From: Marsupella aquatica
Taxonomy: Eukaryota > Plantae > Marchantiophyta
Length of the DNA stretch: 64,000 nt
Assembly: GCA_973895155.1 (NCBI GenBank)
Contig: OZ316893.1
Location: 28,034,210-28,098,209, forward strand
Reading direction: 5' to 3'
Part shown: one piece after another, positions 1 through 12,777 of the stretch
How positions within the stretch are numbered: position 1 is the first letter of the stretch
Layout: each line of letters begins with the position of its first letter
Made by a program: the position numbers and the translations under genes
Notes under the pieces: model-generated
What the model was told of the DNA's origin: nothing
Seen by the model: the letters and a program-made list of their open reading frames with translations, nothing else
Databases searched by the model: none

Positions 1-3000
1 CGGGAGGCCAACTACTGTCAGTTGCTTAGGCAAGCACTCGGGGAGAGAGTAGATACCGACGATCGACCTAAGGAGGGTATGAGCAACGTCAATCAAGCGG
101 CACATTTCTGGGGATGCCTGTTCGAACGGGCAACTGAGTACATCAAGACTTACGAGGACGAGGAATCAGAAAGGGCAGCTCGAGAACGGCAGGAGCTCGC
201 TCGATTGTGGGAGCTGCAGAAGACGGCTTTCTTAGGAGGCGAACTCATCAAGGACGAGTTCCTGTGGACGCCTACTTCCAATCAACTCGACGATCTTCTG
301 TTTTGCAAAGACAGCGTCGTCGGCATCCGAGAGGCCATCAAGAACTGCAACGACATACACTGGGAATTAAAGGGTAGCACGGAAAGGTGGACCCGGGCAA
401 CGGTGCTAGGAGAAACCTCCACGGCAGCAGAGATGAAGAGGAAGGGGGCCGTCAACGATGAAGCCACCCCGGCAAAAAGAACAAGGTCGGCGGCACCAAA
501 GAAGCCAGCCGAGCAGCAGAGCAAGGGGCAGGGAGAAGCCGAAGAGGAGGAGGTCGATCCCATCAAGGCCATTCCAACTAGGGATGACACCTGGAAGGGC
601 TGGGCGGCAACCCTACCGGTGGAGGTGCAACTACATTTTGCACGGGAGGAGGATGCATGCTTTACGGCCATGCAGACCAAGAAGTACCAAGGCTTCATGG
701 CCGGATCCGGCTTGGAGGCCTTTGTAAGATTACCATGGCTGAAGCCGGAGGTACCGGAGTCAGACCTATTAGAATTCGTGGGGTCATGGGAACCCGAGAC
801 CAATTGCACGAGGATATATGGGAAGGATTTCTATCTTACTCCCAAGGTGATTGCCGAAGTGTTTGGCTTGCCGATGGGCAATAAGACCAAAGTTGATACC
901 AGGAAGACCTTGCCTGACAAGGAGTTCCGGTCGTTCCCCGGGCCATCAACGAAGAATGGCTTCTTCCGGAACACCTGCACCAACCCGCACATAGGAGAGA
1001 TGATCGACTTCTTGCGGGTGACCATGCATTGTAACTTACCGAGGGCAGAGATCGGCAAGGCACAGGTCTATCTGGCAGAAAGGCCAGACCCAAGCCGGGA
1101 CTACAACGGGTACCTCCTCAACCAATTGAAGAAGATCTTAAAGGAGGAGCAGCAGGTAATCGGCATGGGGAGCGTGTCGCGGCTTGGCTATCACATGCCG
1201 CTGTTGTGCCGGTATGCCAGAGGTCAGACTTTTGCCCCGGTACTTCCCCTGCAGGTAAGGGCACCCGAGGAAGCTCCAACGCCGAGGCCGTTGGCTGAGA
1301 AGCCTCAACCACCTGTTAGTCCTACGATCGAGCAGGTGTTTAGGCCCAGGAAGGAAGACTTGCCGATGCAGCAACCAGGCATGCAGAGTCTGCTGAAACT
1401 ACTGGAGAAAGAAAAGAAATCGGCATCGGCAACAACAACGGCAACGGCAACAATGCAGGACACTACTACAGAGGTAGGCCTACACCGGCTCACAAGAGAA
1501 AACCCCTTTGCTGGAGACAAGAAGAGAATCAGGCCGGAATCCAAGCCAGGTGTTCGAATGTACGTGGGAACCTCAACCTCTGAATCTGAGGCAGAATTGC
1601 CTGAAGCTCCTACCGAGGAAGAGGAGAGGGAGAAGCCGGACGTCCAAGAGGTAGAGGAGGCAGTGGAGGACTGCAGCCATGATAATTCCGGCTATGGGTC
1701 GGACCATCACGTTCCAGGAGTAAGGACCTATGGCCGGTTTGTCCCCACACTTCCAAGGGTAGTGCGAGGGGACCCCAACCAGTAGAGTAGCCCTGAGTCT
1801 CCCCCACCAGATGTTGCTCCCCCGAGCTTTGACGGCATAAAACAGACGGTGCAGGAATTTCAGGAGCGAATCAAGCAGGAGGAAGAGGCCGCCCTGGCTA
1901 AGGAAAAGGATTTACCAGGAGGAGATTGGCCGGAGGACATCAGGCGGCTAGCCGAAAAAGGAAGCAAACCTCTAGCCACGATTGAAGAGATCCGCAGGAC
2001 GGCGTGGGAGCAGAGGCCACGATGGGCGATGCCGATCACTTCTACTTACTCCACCTACGCTAAGAATAGAGCCATGGAGTATGGTGAGATGTGTGGGGAA
2101 CTTGCGCTCGGCATCTTTGGAGAGGAGTTGGAGGTAGGACCCTTTTTTCATAGGGAGCAGTTGGAGAAGCACCAATTAGAAGAAGCGGTGGCTTTAGAGA
2201 GAAGCAAGAAGGACGAGGTCATTCGGCGGCTTAGGAGGATGGAAGCCGAGATTGAAGATCTAAGGGCGGCCAAGAAAGCCCAAGATGAACTGCGGATTAA
2301 ATGACATGAGCTGAACATCATGCAGGGGCAGTTGGACGCCGCGCAGGCTGATAATCAAAATATCAAGGATAAACTAACTCAGACGCAGGAAGAGTTGGCC
2401 GACACGATCAAAGAGAGGGAAAAGTGGAAGCAAGAGCTGAAGAATACAGAGGAGGCCCACATAACAGCCAACAGCCGGGCCATGGCGGAGACCCAAAGAA
2501 AGGAATGGGCGTTGAAAGGGGAGCTCGAGAAAATCCGCGGAGCCCTTGAGCAGAAGGAGGTCGAGTTAGGGAAATCCTATCAAGGGATTATGGCGCTGTA
2601 GCAGGAGCTTGCGTCCCTGACGGCCAGCTTCAAGGCCGACCTAAGGGAGAAGGACGAGATGCTCGAACAGACTTACGCCAAGATGAACCAGATGGAGTCT
2701 GTCATCATTGCAGAGCTCGACAAGGAGCTAAGAGCAACCCAGGAGGAGAGGGCTACCTTGAAGAAGGAATTGGAGGAAGCCCACAGGGAGCAGGAGGAGG
2801 CCAAAAACGAGCTGGAGGGGGCACGTAAGGACCTGGATGAAACCCAAGAGGAGTTGGAGGAAATCACGAGGAAGATGGAGAACCTACAGCGGCGGGCCGA
2901 CAACCAAACAGAGCGGCTGAAGAAACAAGCCGCAATATTTAAATGCTTAGCTGCAGCAGGTCCATCTCCCGTTGGGACAAACCAGTTACCAGGGGTGGTA

Positions 3001-4341
3001 ATTGCCGAAGGACAAGCCGCGTCAACTGCACCAGTGCCGGAAGTAAGTGGGAAGGGGAAGGGACCAGCTGCCGAGCCACCAACGAAGAAGAAGCGGAAAC
3101 CTTCAGGGTCAAGGAGTAATACGACTTCACAGGCCGTGGTGATCAAGGAGGTAGACCCAGCACCGACCCCAGACAGGGTCACGGCTAAGGATCCAACTAC
3201 CCTAGGGGAAGGGGAAGCCGAAGCCGTGGGAGTGGCTGAGGCCGAAGCCGTGGGTATTGCCGAGGCCGGTGTCGAGGCTGAAGCCGAAGGTGGACCCAGT
3301 CAGGCCGATGGAGAGTTGACTCGGTCAAGGGCAGGTAATCTGTCAGTAGGCGGGCCAACGGCAGTGGCTGAGGAGGAAGTGTTGGGGGCGTCCATTGAGG
3401 ATCCACCACCGGTGTCGTGACGGTGCAAGGGCGCCGTTCCTTTTAGGGAGGGCGGACGTGGAGGGAGGAGGCGTGAGTGGGCAGGGCGGGCGCGGATCTC
3501 CACGTTTAGGATTAGGATCAGAACCAGGAGCGGCCCTGACACTTAGCTTAGTGGGATTGCGGTTCCACTGGTAGGAGCAACACTTGTGCTTCTGCCTTGC
3601 TGTACATAGGTAGATTCGGGCAAGTAGATTACTGTCAGGTAGATTAGGCTTACGATGCAAAGAATGGCGGATCCACTACCAGGATAAGTACCTGGGCAGC
3701 GGGGAGCTCAGGGCCTCTTCTTTAGCAAGTTTTTAGTTTGCACCAGCCGGGCTGGGATCAAGTAGTACGAGAAGCTCTCGGTTAGTCATACAGTGACCCT
3801 TGTGTATATTCATGTTTCCTCATGCCTAAGAGCTGAATAGAGTTGGCCTCACGGCTTAGTTCGCAGAACTTGTGTATGAGATGTACTGTTTGTATGGCAA
3901 GTGCATGGTATGACTCAGTCAGAATGAGTCATTTTGCTATTTGTGTGTCGCATTAACTTGTGTGAAGAGTGCCCACATCAACAGAAGGAAGGAAAGTAAG
4001 CAGGGGAGTGATAGTTGGATGTGTCGAGCTGAGAGAGGTCTTAGCGGCTTAACCAAGCCTATTGGGGATCATTCCGGCGGCGGAATCCAAACATACCTAA
4101 CAAGACGGAGGGGAAGACAGGGGAAGACAAGGGAAGGCCTATATTAGGCCGGCTACGTATCTCATGACCCGATGAAGGATCTGTCCAGTATATGTGTGTA
4201 AAATGTTAATAGTAGTAGTAGAAGGTTAGCAGCGTCCCATGCCGCTAAGCCGCGGAAACGGCCTCGCCAAGCACGAAACCTGCGGGAATCGGCTTGAGCT
4301 GGGGGGTTTCTTGGGTTTAGGGAGCCATGGGACGCACCACA
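1..4341 (+). repeat. 5' LTR of family 1 (about 300 bp of its 5' end lies outside the window; full length about 4.6 kb)
   Basis: Ends ...GGGACGCACCACA just before the PBS. The same terminus occurs at 17683 and, inverted, at 21613. Homologous to 10564-17683, 21613-25528 and 50315-54289. Confidence 0.9.
22..3420 (+). pseudogene. LTR-embedded ORF: plant-transposon-protein/PMD-like domain, Pro/acidic linker, long coiled coil
   Basis: ORFs at 22, 1849, 2320 and 2659 share one frame. They are separated by stops at 1783, 2302 and 2599 that read CAG/CGG in the 50315-54289 copy. Contains EFVGSW...GKDFYLTPKVIAEVFGLP and a heptad-rich C-terminus. Confidence 0.8.
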
Positions 4342-4345
4342 TTTT

Positions 4346-4363
4346 TGGCGCTAGATGGAGGGG
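4346..4363 (+). promoter_or_regulatory. Primer binding site, probably tRNA-Arg
   Basis: TGGCGCTAGATGGAGGGG, 4 nt after the LTR-terminal CA; resembles PBSs of plant non-chromoviral Gypsy elements. Confidence 0.8.
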
Positions 4364-4411
4364 GGCATTTCTTAAGCCGTGAGATATGAAGTTAGAACGG
4401 AAGCGTAGGTA

Positions 4412-7402
4412 ATGACTGACCTTACGCCGAGGGAAGAAAGAGTGATTCAACGGGAGAGAGCTCGACTGCAGCAGCTCGCCGGGTGGCATGATACACAGCG
4501 ACTGAGAGGGGCAGAAAGAGCTGGTAGCTCCGAAACTGGAAGTGGCGTCGAAGAAGACATACCAGAGGAAGAGTCGGTAAGGAGAAGTGAGTCTCCAACC
4601 GACATGGGGGAACCAGAGGCACGGCCAGACGAGAGGCCAGGGACCAGATTGAGCCAGCGGTCGCGCATACATTACAAAGCATTTCATGGGAGAGGAGATG
4701 AGGATCCGGACGAATGGTTGGATGATTTCGAGGGAACCGCTGCAGCAAATGGAGAATCGGCCATCAAGATGCAGATTCTTCCCGGCCTGTTCAAGGGTGA
4801 GGCTAGGCCTTGGTACAGAGCATTAGATGTGGAAGATCAAGCCATCTGGGATATCTTCAAAACACTCTTTGTTAAGGAGTTTCGACCCATTGGAACTTCA
4901 GAACTAGCAGTGCTGAAGTTGGGACAACTTCGGTTCAAGGAGAACAAATCCTTCAGGAAGTTCTTGCAACGCTTTCAGAAACTGGTAAGACGTACAAAGA
5001 CCAATGCATCTGAAGGTATGCAACTTCAATGGTTGGTGAATGCTTTGCCACAGAAGATGAGTTTTGCAATTAGGAAGGAGAACCCGGAGACTTTAGCCGA
5101 AGCAATTAAGGATATTCAATTATACATTAATGCAGATATCACAAGCCGGAAGAAACAGCTTAAGTCTGAGAGTTCCTCATCAGAGGAGGGATCACCCCAT
5201 AAGAAAAAAGATAAGAAGAAGAAACATTCCAAGAAGTCTAGAAGTGATAAGTCAAGCTCGGATAGTGGGAGTAGCAAGAGTGAGTCATCTTCTAGTTCTG
5301 AAGAAGAAAAAACTAGGAAAAGGAAGGGCAGAAGGAGAGGGAAGACGAAAGTCAAGATGGAGGCTAAGCCACCAGATAACATCGTAGCCCTTACCGAGCA
5401 ACTTAAGGCTATCATTGCAGAGGTAAAACCAAAGAAGGTAGTACAGGAGGATAGCTCTGTATGGTGTGCCTTATGTTATAAAACCGGACACCATAAAGAT
5501 GCGTGTCCTAAGCTTAATACTAATCATGTTCGGCATGTGGCCGAGATCAGACCATGTCAGGGAGAAGTAGAGTACTTTTTGGGAGATGCCGCTGATAGTG
5601 TTTTCGGCATCAGTGAGACTGGAGCACGAGACCTATCCAACAGACCTGCATCTCTATGGTCAGGGTTAAGGAACAATCCAGGAGAGATGTATCCTCGGAT
5701 TATTCAGAACCCGTCAGTACCTCCTAGGCCGAATGTGCAAAGATTTGCGGCGTGCTATAATTGTGGTCAACCTGGCCATTTTGCTAGAGAATGCCCGAAT
5801 TCACGCAAACAGGGTGATGGACAACCAGCTCAGCTATGTATGGGATGCCGACAGGAAGGTCATATGCTAGGGCAATGTCCTACTTGGTTGGCAGGCCTGG
5901 CCGCAAATCATAAGCTTTTGCCGATCAAGATCTTACCGCCAGGTACTACCCCCGGAGGAGTTCAAATCAACCACATCGAACTAGGATGGCAAGAGGATGT
6001 CGAGGCAGAGTTCGTACCATCTGATGATGAGGCCGAAGCCCTATCAACCTTCTCAGAGGAGGATTTAGATCATGATTGCTACCGGGTCTCTACTCGATCT
6101 ACCAGAAGGAAGGAAAGGTGGGATGGGCTGGCCAAAAATAAAGGGAAGGTTACGGAGGAAAGGATCGACTCTTTGTCAACATCAACAGAAGGAGAAGGGA
6201 GGGCTCCGGCAATACAGGTAAGCCATGAGCCCACCAGTGAAACCAATCCTTCACAAGATAGCGACTTCAATCGAGATCATCCTAAGTTGTTCTACCCCTC
6301 TGTTACGGCTAGTGTTAAGGAACAACTAAGAGAATTAGAAACCCTGGAGAATACCGAAGCCATTGCCAAGGATGTAAAACGAGCAAAAGCATTGTTTGCT
6401 TCGGAAGACCCAACAGCTGTGGAGACTAGCGTGGCAAAACTGGCCGAATCCAAGACGGAAACACCACCAGAAGAGAAGCCGATTGTTCCCTATGACCTGG
6501 CTAAAGATGTACTAGAATCTAGAGTCTCGGCAACAGTAGGTCAACTATTGAAAAATAGCCCGTACTTCCGGAAGCAATTAAGGAAGGCTATTCTCGGCAA
6601 GCCGAGATTACCCAAGGTAGCAACCAGATCCGACGTACTAATGATAGAAGAAGATCAAGGAGCCCCAGCATTACCATTAATGATTCAAAGAGAATTATTA
6701 CTACGGGTACCCATCGATGGAGGATCAGGGGTATGTATTATGATTGATTCAACAGCAAAAGGGTGGGGTCTAACACCGGAGATGACTGGAAGAGTGTTGA
6801 ACATGGCCAATGGATATCAGGTCATTCCGACGGGAGTGTTAACCGGCATCAAGACAGAGATAGGAGGTATCTTCTTTAGCATTAACTATGTAGTAATGAA
6901 GCCGGTAAATCCTACGTCATTCCGGCTATTGATTGGTAGGCCATGGCTGTACCTAGCCGAGGTAATAGAAGATTGGGGTAAAAAGCAGTTCACTTTCGGG
7001 ACCCCCTCTATCACGGTATCCTGGGACACTAAGGATGACCGTGGGAAAAGCATAAGGGAAGTAGATGGGTACGATAGTGCACTGGAGTCAGCCGATGAAG
7101 TACGTTGGTTAGAATGCCTCACTAACCTAACCGAAGAAGGTGTCTTTGGACCAGAGGTACCCCCCAGCGGATTATGGCAAGAACCAATGGAAGGTGACTT
7201 GGAAGAAGAAGACGAAGAGGTCGAGGACTGCTTTACAATAGAATCCACCTTTTTAGCTGCAATTCCGGAGGAAGTAAAGGATGTAGACCAATTGGATGAA
7301 ACGGCTAAGTGGGGAGCAGTAGCAGGGACAGTGGATTTTCTGCAGGCGTTGTGGCAGAGCCGACGGGGTCCACAACGCCATCGATCATCGGCAAGGAATT
7401 AA
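4412..7402 (+). CDS. gag: Gag-protease polyprotein
   Basis: 996-aa open frame with a retrotransposon gag core (FHGRGDEDPDEWL), three CCHC knuckles (CALCYKTGHHKDAC, CYNCGQPGHFAREC, CMGCRQEGHMLGQC) and protease motifs IDGGSG...LLIGRPWL. Confidence 0.92.
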   Translation: MTDLTPREERVIQRERARLQQLAGWHDTQRLRGAERAGSSETGSGVEEDIPEEESVRRSESPTDMGEPEARPDERPGTRLSQRSRIHYKAFHGRGDEDPDEWLDDFEGTAAANGESAIKMQILPGLFKGEARPWYRALDVEDQAIWDIFKTLFVKEFRPIGTSELAVLKLGQLRFKENKSFRKFLQRFQKLVRRTKTNASEGMQLQWLVNALPQKMSFAIRKENPETLAEAIKDIQLYINADITSRKKQLKSESSSSEEGSPHKKKDKKKKHSKKSRSDKSSSDSGSSKSESSSSSEEEKTRKRKGRRRGKTKVKMEAKPPDNIVALTEQLKAIIAEVKPKKVVQEDSSVWCALCYKTGHHKDACPKLNTNHVRHVAEIRPCQGEVEYFLGDAADSVFGISETGARDLSNRPASLWSGLRNNPGEMYPRIIQNPSVPPRPNVQRFAACYNCGQPGHFARECPNSRKQGDGQPAQLCMGCRQEGHMLGQCPTWLAGLAANHKLLPIKILPPGTTPGGVQINHIELGWQEDVEAEFVPSDDEAEALSTFSEEDLDHDCYRVSTRSTRRKERWDGLAKNKGKVTEERIDSLSTSTEGEGRAPAIQVSHEPTSETNPSQDSDFNRDHPKLFYPSVTASVKEQLRELETLENTEAIAKDVKRAKALFASEDPTAVETSVAKLAESKTETPPEEKPIVPYDLAKDVLESRVSATVGQLLKNSPYFRKQLRKAILGKPRLPKVATRSDVLMIEEDQGAPALPLMIQRELLLRVPIDGGSGVCIMIDSTAKGWGLTPEMTGRVLNMANGYQVIPTGVLTGIKTEIGGIFFSINYVVMKPVNPTSFRLLIGRPWLYLAEVIEDWGKKQFTFGTPSITVSWDTKDDRGKSIREVDGYDSALESADEVRWLECLTNLTEEGVFGPEVPPSGLWQEPMEGDLEEEDEEVEDCFTIESTFLAAIPEEVKDVDQLDETAKWGAVAGTVDFLQALWQSRRGPQRHRSSARN
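7333..7392 (+). promoter_or_regulatory. Putative -1 programmed ribosomal frameshift signal
   Basis: G_GAT_TTT in the gag frame (7333-7339), 5-nt spacer, perfect 10-bp stem GGCGTTGTGG (7345-7354)/CCACAACGCC (7370-7379). Loop GCCGA can pair with TCGGC (7388-7392). Pol is in the -1 frame. Confidence 0.75.
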
Positions 7403-10400
7403 ATACCAAGGGATCGGCATACAAGCCGATTACGAGGGCAGAACAAATTGAGGCCCTATTAGAAGCCGAGAGAGCACAACGGCCTAACTCTCAGGAGCAA
7501 GAGGTGGATGAGATGGACAGACACGATCTAGAGCCAAGGCAGGAAGGGGAGCCGACCACTAATTCAAAACCAAATAGACCGGTAAGGGGACAATCTATGG
7601 ACACCAAGGAAGGGACCGACTCGGCTAGTCCAACCGAGATCCTAGTTTATGGAGGTATGAGATTAGAGAGACTGGAAGCCGAACTGGACCCGAATTTGAA
7701 GAAGCAGATTAATATGATCCAAGCACGGCAATATCGGAAGCTCGACTTAGGAGAGGGAAGAGAACTGAACTTAGGGAGAAACCTAGCACCTGAGCTCGAG
7801 AAAGAGATCAGTGACTTATTGATTGAATTTCAGGATGTGTTTGCATGGAGTCACCAAGATCTAAAGGGAGTAGATCCAACACTAGGGGAACATCGAATTG
7901 ATCTCATGTTAGGAGCCAAATCATTTCGACAACCAATTCGAAGGATGAACCCGAAGTATTCCCTGCTGGTCAAAACAGAAATCGACAAACTAGTGGAAGC
8001 TGGATTCATCACTCCAGTCCTGCATTCAGACTGGGTGTCTCCAATTGTGATAGTTCCCAAGAAAGCTGGACCCGATGGTAAACCCAAGATCCGGGTTTGT
8101 CAGGATTACAGGAAGCTGAATGAAGCAACATTAAAAGACCATTTTCCTTTACCGTTTACTGATATGGTACTAGACATGGTAGCCAGTCATGAACTATATT
8201 CATTCATGGATGGATACTCTGGTTATAACCAAATCAGGATTCGGCAGGAAGACCAAATCAAGACGGCCTTCATCACGGAATGGGGGATCTATGTCTTCAA
8301 TCGTATGCCGTTTGGACTCTGCAACGCACCAGCTATGTTCCAATGATTAATGGTGAACATTTTTCATGATTACTTGAGAAAGTTCATGGAAATCTTCATT
8401 GATGACTTTGCAGTATTCGGGAAGGCATCGAAACATGCTAAATACCTCAGGAAAACCTTCATGAGATGTAGAGAGGTGGGTCTCAAGTTACACCCAGATA
8501 AATGTTTTTTTGCAGTAACCGAGGGGGTGCTACTAGGTCACAAGGTATCAAGGAAGGGCATTGAGATTGACAAAGGTAAGCTAGCAGTATGGCTAGATAT
8601 CATGCAACCTAAGAACATAAAGGATGTAAGATCCTTCTTGGGATGCATTGGTTACTATCGCCGGTTCATCAAGGATTTTGCCAAGCTGGCTTTACCATTA
8701 ACCAATATGCTCAAGGCAGGAGCAGACTTCGAACCCACACCCAAACGAGTCACAGCGGTGGTAGAATTGAAGCAGATGTTAGTAGAGGCCCCAGTCATGA
8801 TAGCACCGGACTGGAACAAAGATTTTCATGTTTTTGTAGATGTCTCGGGCTTCTGTATTGGCTCAGTACTAAGTCAGTTGGATGAGAAAGGAAGGGACCA
8901 TCCCATATACTTCGCAAGCCGTCAGCTTGCCGATGCCGAACGGAACTACTCTACCACGGAAAGAGAAGCATTAGGAGTCATTTATTCTTGTAAAAAGTTT
9001 AGGTATTATTTACTAGGGTACAAGGTAATCTTTCATACTGATCATGAAAGTTTGAAGTACCTAGTCAATAAGCCGGACCTTACAGGCAGAGTAGCAAGAT
9101 GGATTTTGCTATTACAGGAGTTTGACTATGAGCTGAGGATCAAGCCGGGAAAGTTACATGCCAATGCCGACTTCTTTTCAAGGATCACAGGTAAACCTGC
9201 CACGGATTGCATCGATGATCGATTCCCCGACGAGGAGCTATTCGTTGTGGAGATAGCTGGTACATGGTACCCTGAGATTTTACAATTTCTCAGCACTTCC
9301 AGATTACAGCCAGGATTAAGCCGAGAGCAAGCCGCAGTCTTTGTGCGGAAGGTCAGACAGTATCAGTGCATTAAAGGCATACTGCACAAGCATGGAATCA
9401 ACGGCACGATTCAAAGGTGTTTGGAAAAGAGAGAGGTAAAACGAGTCCTACGGGCCATGCATGGAGAGGAGGCCGGAGGACATTTTGCCCCAGTAACCAC
9501 GTCTAAGAAGATATTAAATGCCGGTTACTGGTGGCCCACCTTGCACAAAGATGTCTATCAGTTTATCAAACAATGCGATCCTTGTCAACGAGCGGGAGGA
9601 CCAAGGGCGTCCACCAGGCATCCACTGCACCCTATTCTACCTCTGGCACCATTCGAGAAGTGGGGTATTGATTACATTGGACCTCTGAAACCACTGACCC
9701 ACCCTCGACGGAACAAGTACATAATCCTGGCTACGGATTATGCAACTAAATGGGTAGAGGCCAGACCAACAACGAAGGATGATGCAATTACTACGGCTAG
9801 ATTCATGTATGAGCAGATCTTCACCAGGTATGGAGCACCCCTAGAATTAGTTAGTGATAGAGGAACCCATTTTTTGAATGATATAATTAGTCGTTTAAAT
9901 GAGCAGTATTTAGTTAAACATAGGCCTACTACTCCCTACCATCCAAAGGCAAACGGGTTGACAGAACGAGCAAACGGAATCATAGGAAAGATATTGAACA
10001 AGACAGTAGCTCAGAACAAACTCGATTGGGATGATAAATTGTTTGCTGCTGTTTTTGCTTACAATCTTGCCTATAAATCCACTACCGGTCATACACCCTT
10101 CTTCTTAACCTTTGGACAAGAAGCCCTGGTACCCATGCAACTTGAGATACCGACATTTCAAGTTACAATTGAGGAAAGAGCCTCAGCGGAGGAGAGCCTA
10201 AAGGAGCGAGAATATAGGTTAGAAGCTTTAGAGGAAGCGAGAATGATTTCAGCCGAGAGAGTAGAATATAGACAGAATATCATGAAGCAGCAGTATGATA
10301 AAAGGTTAAAAGTAGTTAGTATTCATACCGGTGATCTTGTGCTACTTTATGACAGTAGGTATATTAGGTTTCCAGGAAAGCTTTACACTCGCTGGTTAGG

Positions 10401-10575
10401 ACCCTTTAGAGTAACCATGATGTTCCCCAATGGCTCCGTACAATTGGCCAACATTACGGGAGAGGTATATCCAGTTCGCATCCATTATGACCGCCTCAAG
10501 AAATACTATATGGACGAAGATGAAGTTGTTCGCGAGGACGCTTCACAATTAAGTGGGGAGCTATGTGATGCCTAG
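7340..10575 (+). pseudogene. pol: Pol (RT-RNase H-integrase) with one in-frame stop at 8344-8346
   Basis: RT motifs DGYSGYNQI, MPFGLCNAP, FIDD; RNase H NYSTTEREAL; integrase HHCC, WGIDYIGP, SDRGTHF, NGLTE, WLGPF. ORFs 7309 and 8350 are in the same frame. Confidence 0.93.
10551..10560 (+). promoter_or_regulatory. Polypurine tract
   Basis: AAGTGGGGAG, 3 nt before the TGTGATGCC start of the 3' LTR. Confidence 0.75.
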
Positions 10576-12777
10576 ACAGGAATCACTCGGCCGGTTAAGT
10601 GGGTAAAGCAGGAAGGCACCCTAGGAACACCTTAGTATAGTGACAAAACAAGGAAAATACAAACAATTAGGGGCAACCATGGAACCCGGGCAGAGGCCGG
10701 AGGTAAGGCTGAGGGTGAAAACCCGATTAGGGTTAGGGCGCGTTAAGCGTCGGCGGCTAGGAAGGATCAACGGGAAGAAGGACCGGCAGAGGAGAGGTAG
10801 TCCAAGCCGGGGAGAAGGTGGTGGAGGACTACGGCAATGACGACTTCGGCTACGGGTCGGACCATCATGTCCCAGGAGTAAGGACCTGTGGCCATTTCAT
10901 CCCCACGCTTCCTAGAGTAGTTCAAAAGGGACCCCACCCAGTAGAGCAGCCCCAAGTCTCCCCCACCAGTCAGATGTCGCTCCCCCGAGATTTGACAGGA
11001 TAAAACAGACGGCACATGAGTTTCAAGAGCGACTCAAGGAAGAAGAGGAGGCAGCCCTGGCCAAGGAGAAGGATTTACCTCGGGAAGAATGGCCAGAGGA
11101 CATCCGGCGGCTTGTAGAAGGACAAAGCAGCCCACCAATCACGATAGAAGAGATCCAAAAGGCAGCTTTGGAACAAAGGCCGCGGTGAGTGATGCCGATG
11201 ACTACTACTCACTCCACCTATGCGCAAGAAAGAGCCATGGAGTACGGGGAGATGTGTGGGGAACTTGCGCTCAGCATCTTTGGGGAGGAGTTGGAGCAAG
11301 GACCCTTTTTCTAGAGGGAGATGTTGGAAAAACGCTGATTGGAGGAAGCGGTGACTTTGGAGACTGAGGAGGAAGAAGGACAAGGTCATCCGACGGCTTA
11401 GGGAGAAGGAAGATGAGGCAGAAGACCTGAAGGCGGCCAAGAAAGCCCAAGATGAGCTACAGATTAAGCGGCATGAGCTAAACATCATGCAAGGGCAACT
11501 AGATACCGCTCAGTCTGATAATCAAATTATCAAGGATAAACTGACTCGGACCCAAGGGGAGTTGGCCGACGCGGTCAAGGAAAAGGAGAAGTGGAAGCGG
11601 GAGCTGAAGGGCACAAAGGAGGCCCACATAGCAACCAACAATCGGGCCATGGCGGAGACATAGAGGAAGGAGAGGGCGTTGAAGGGGGAGCTCGAGGATC
11701 TCCGCAGAGCCCTTGAACAGAAGGAGGCCGAGTTAGGGAGATCCTATCAAGGGATTATTGTGCTGCAGTAGGAGCTTGCATCCCTGACGGCCAGCTTCAA
11801 GGCCGACTTGCATGATAAGGACGACCAACTCGATCAGACTTACGCCAAGATGAACCAGATGGAGTCTGAGGTTGTAACGGAGCTCGACAAGGAGCTGAGA
11901 GCAACCCAAGAAGAGAGGGCTACCTTAAGAAAGGAATTGGAGGAAGCCCAGAAGGAGCTGGAGGAGGCGTGCAAGGACCTAGACAAAACGCAAGAGGAGT
12001 TGGAGGAAAGCACGAGGAAGATGGAGAACTTACAACGGCGGGCCGAAAACCAAACGGAGTGGCTGAAGAAACAAGCCGTAGTATTCAAGTGCTTAGCTTC
12101 ATCAGTTCAAACTCCAATTGTGGCAACCAAGTTGCCAGGGGTAGTGCTGGCCGAGGGACAAGCTGCTACACTCGCACCAGTGTCGGAGTGGCAAGGGGAA
12201 GGGACCAGTTGCCGAACCAGGAAAGAAGAAGAAGCGGAAACCTTTTGGGTCAGGGAGCAACGCGGCTTCTCAAGCCACTGTGACCAAGGAGAACACGGCA
12301 CCAACCTCAGGCAGGGTCACGGTAGAGGATTCAACTGTCCTGGAAGGCGGGGATGGCAAGGCCGAGGCCGGGACAATCATTGATGAAGCCGGGGTACCGG
12401 ATCCACCACTAGAGCAGGCCGAGGAGGCTGTAGCCAAAGCTTAGGCCGAAGCCGAGGGTGGACCCGGTCAGGCCGCGGGAGAGTTGACTGGGTCTGGGGC
12501 AAATAAATCTGTTAGAGGACAGACCTATGGCAGTGGCTACGGAGGAAGCGTTGGGGGCGTCCATTGAGGATCAGCCACCACTACCATGACGGTGGTGGAG
12601 GGCCGCTCCTTTTAAGGAGGGTGGACGTGGAGGGAGGAGACGTGAGTGGGCAAGGCGGGCGCAAATCTCTAAGTTTAGAAATTAGGATCAGGACCAAGAG
12701 GCGGCCTTGACACTTAGACTAGTGGGACTGCGGATCCACTGATAAGAGCAACACTTGTGCTCCTGCCTCGCTGTACA

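Noticed and set aside
1849-3420. Coiled-coil ORFs as host SMC/myosin-like genes
   Set aside because: They lie inside the LTR and recur in all four LTR copies.
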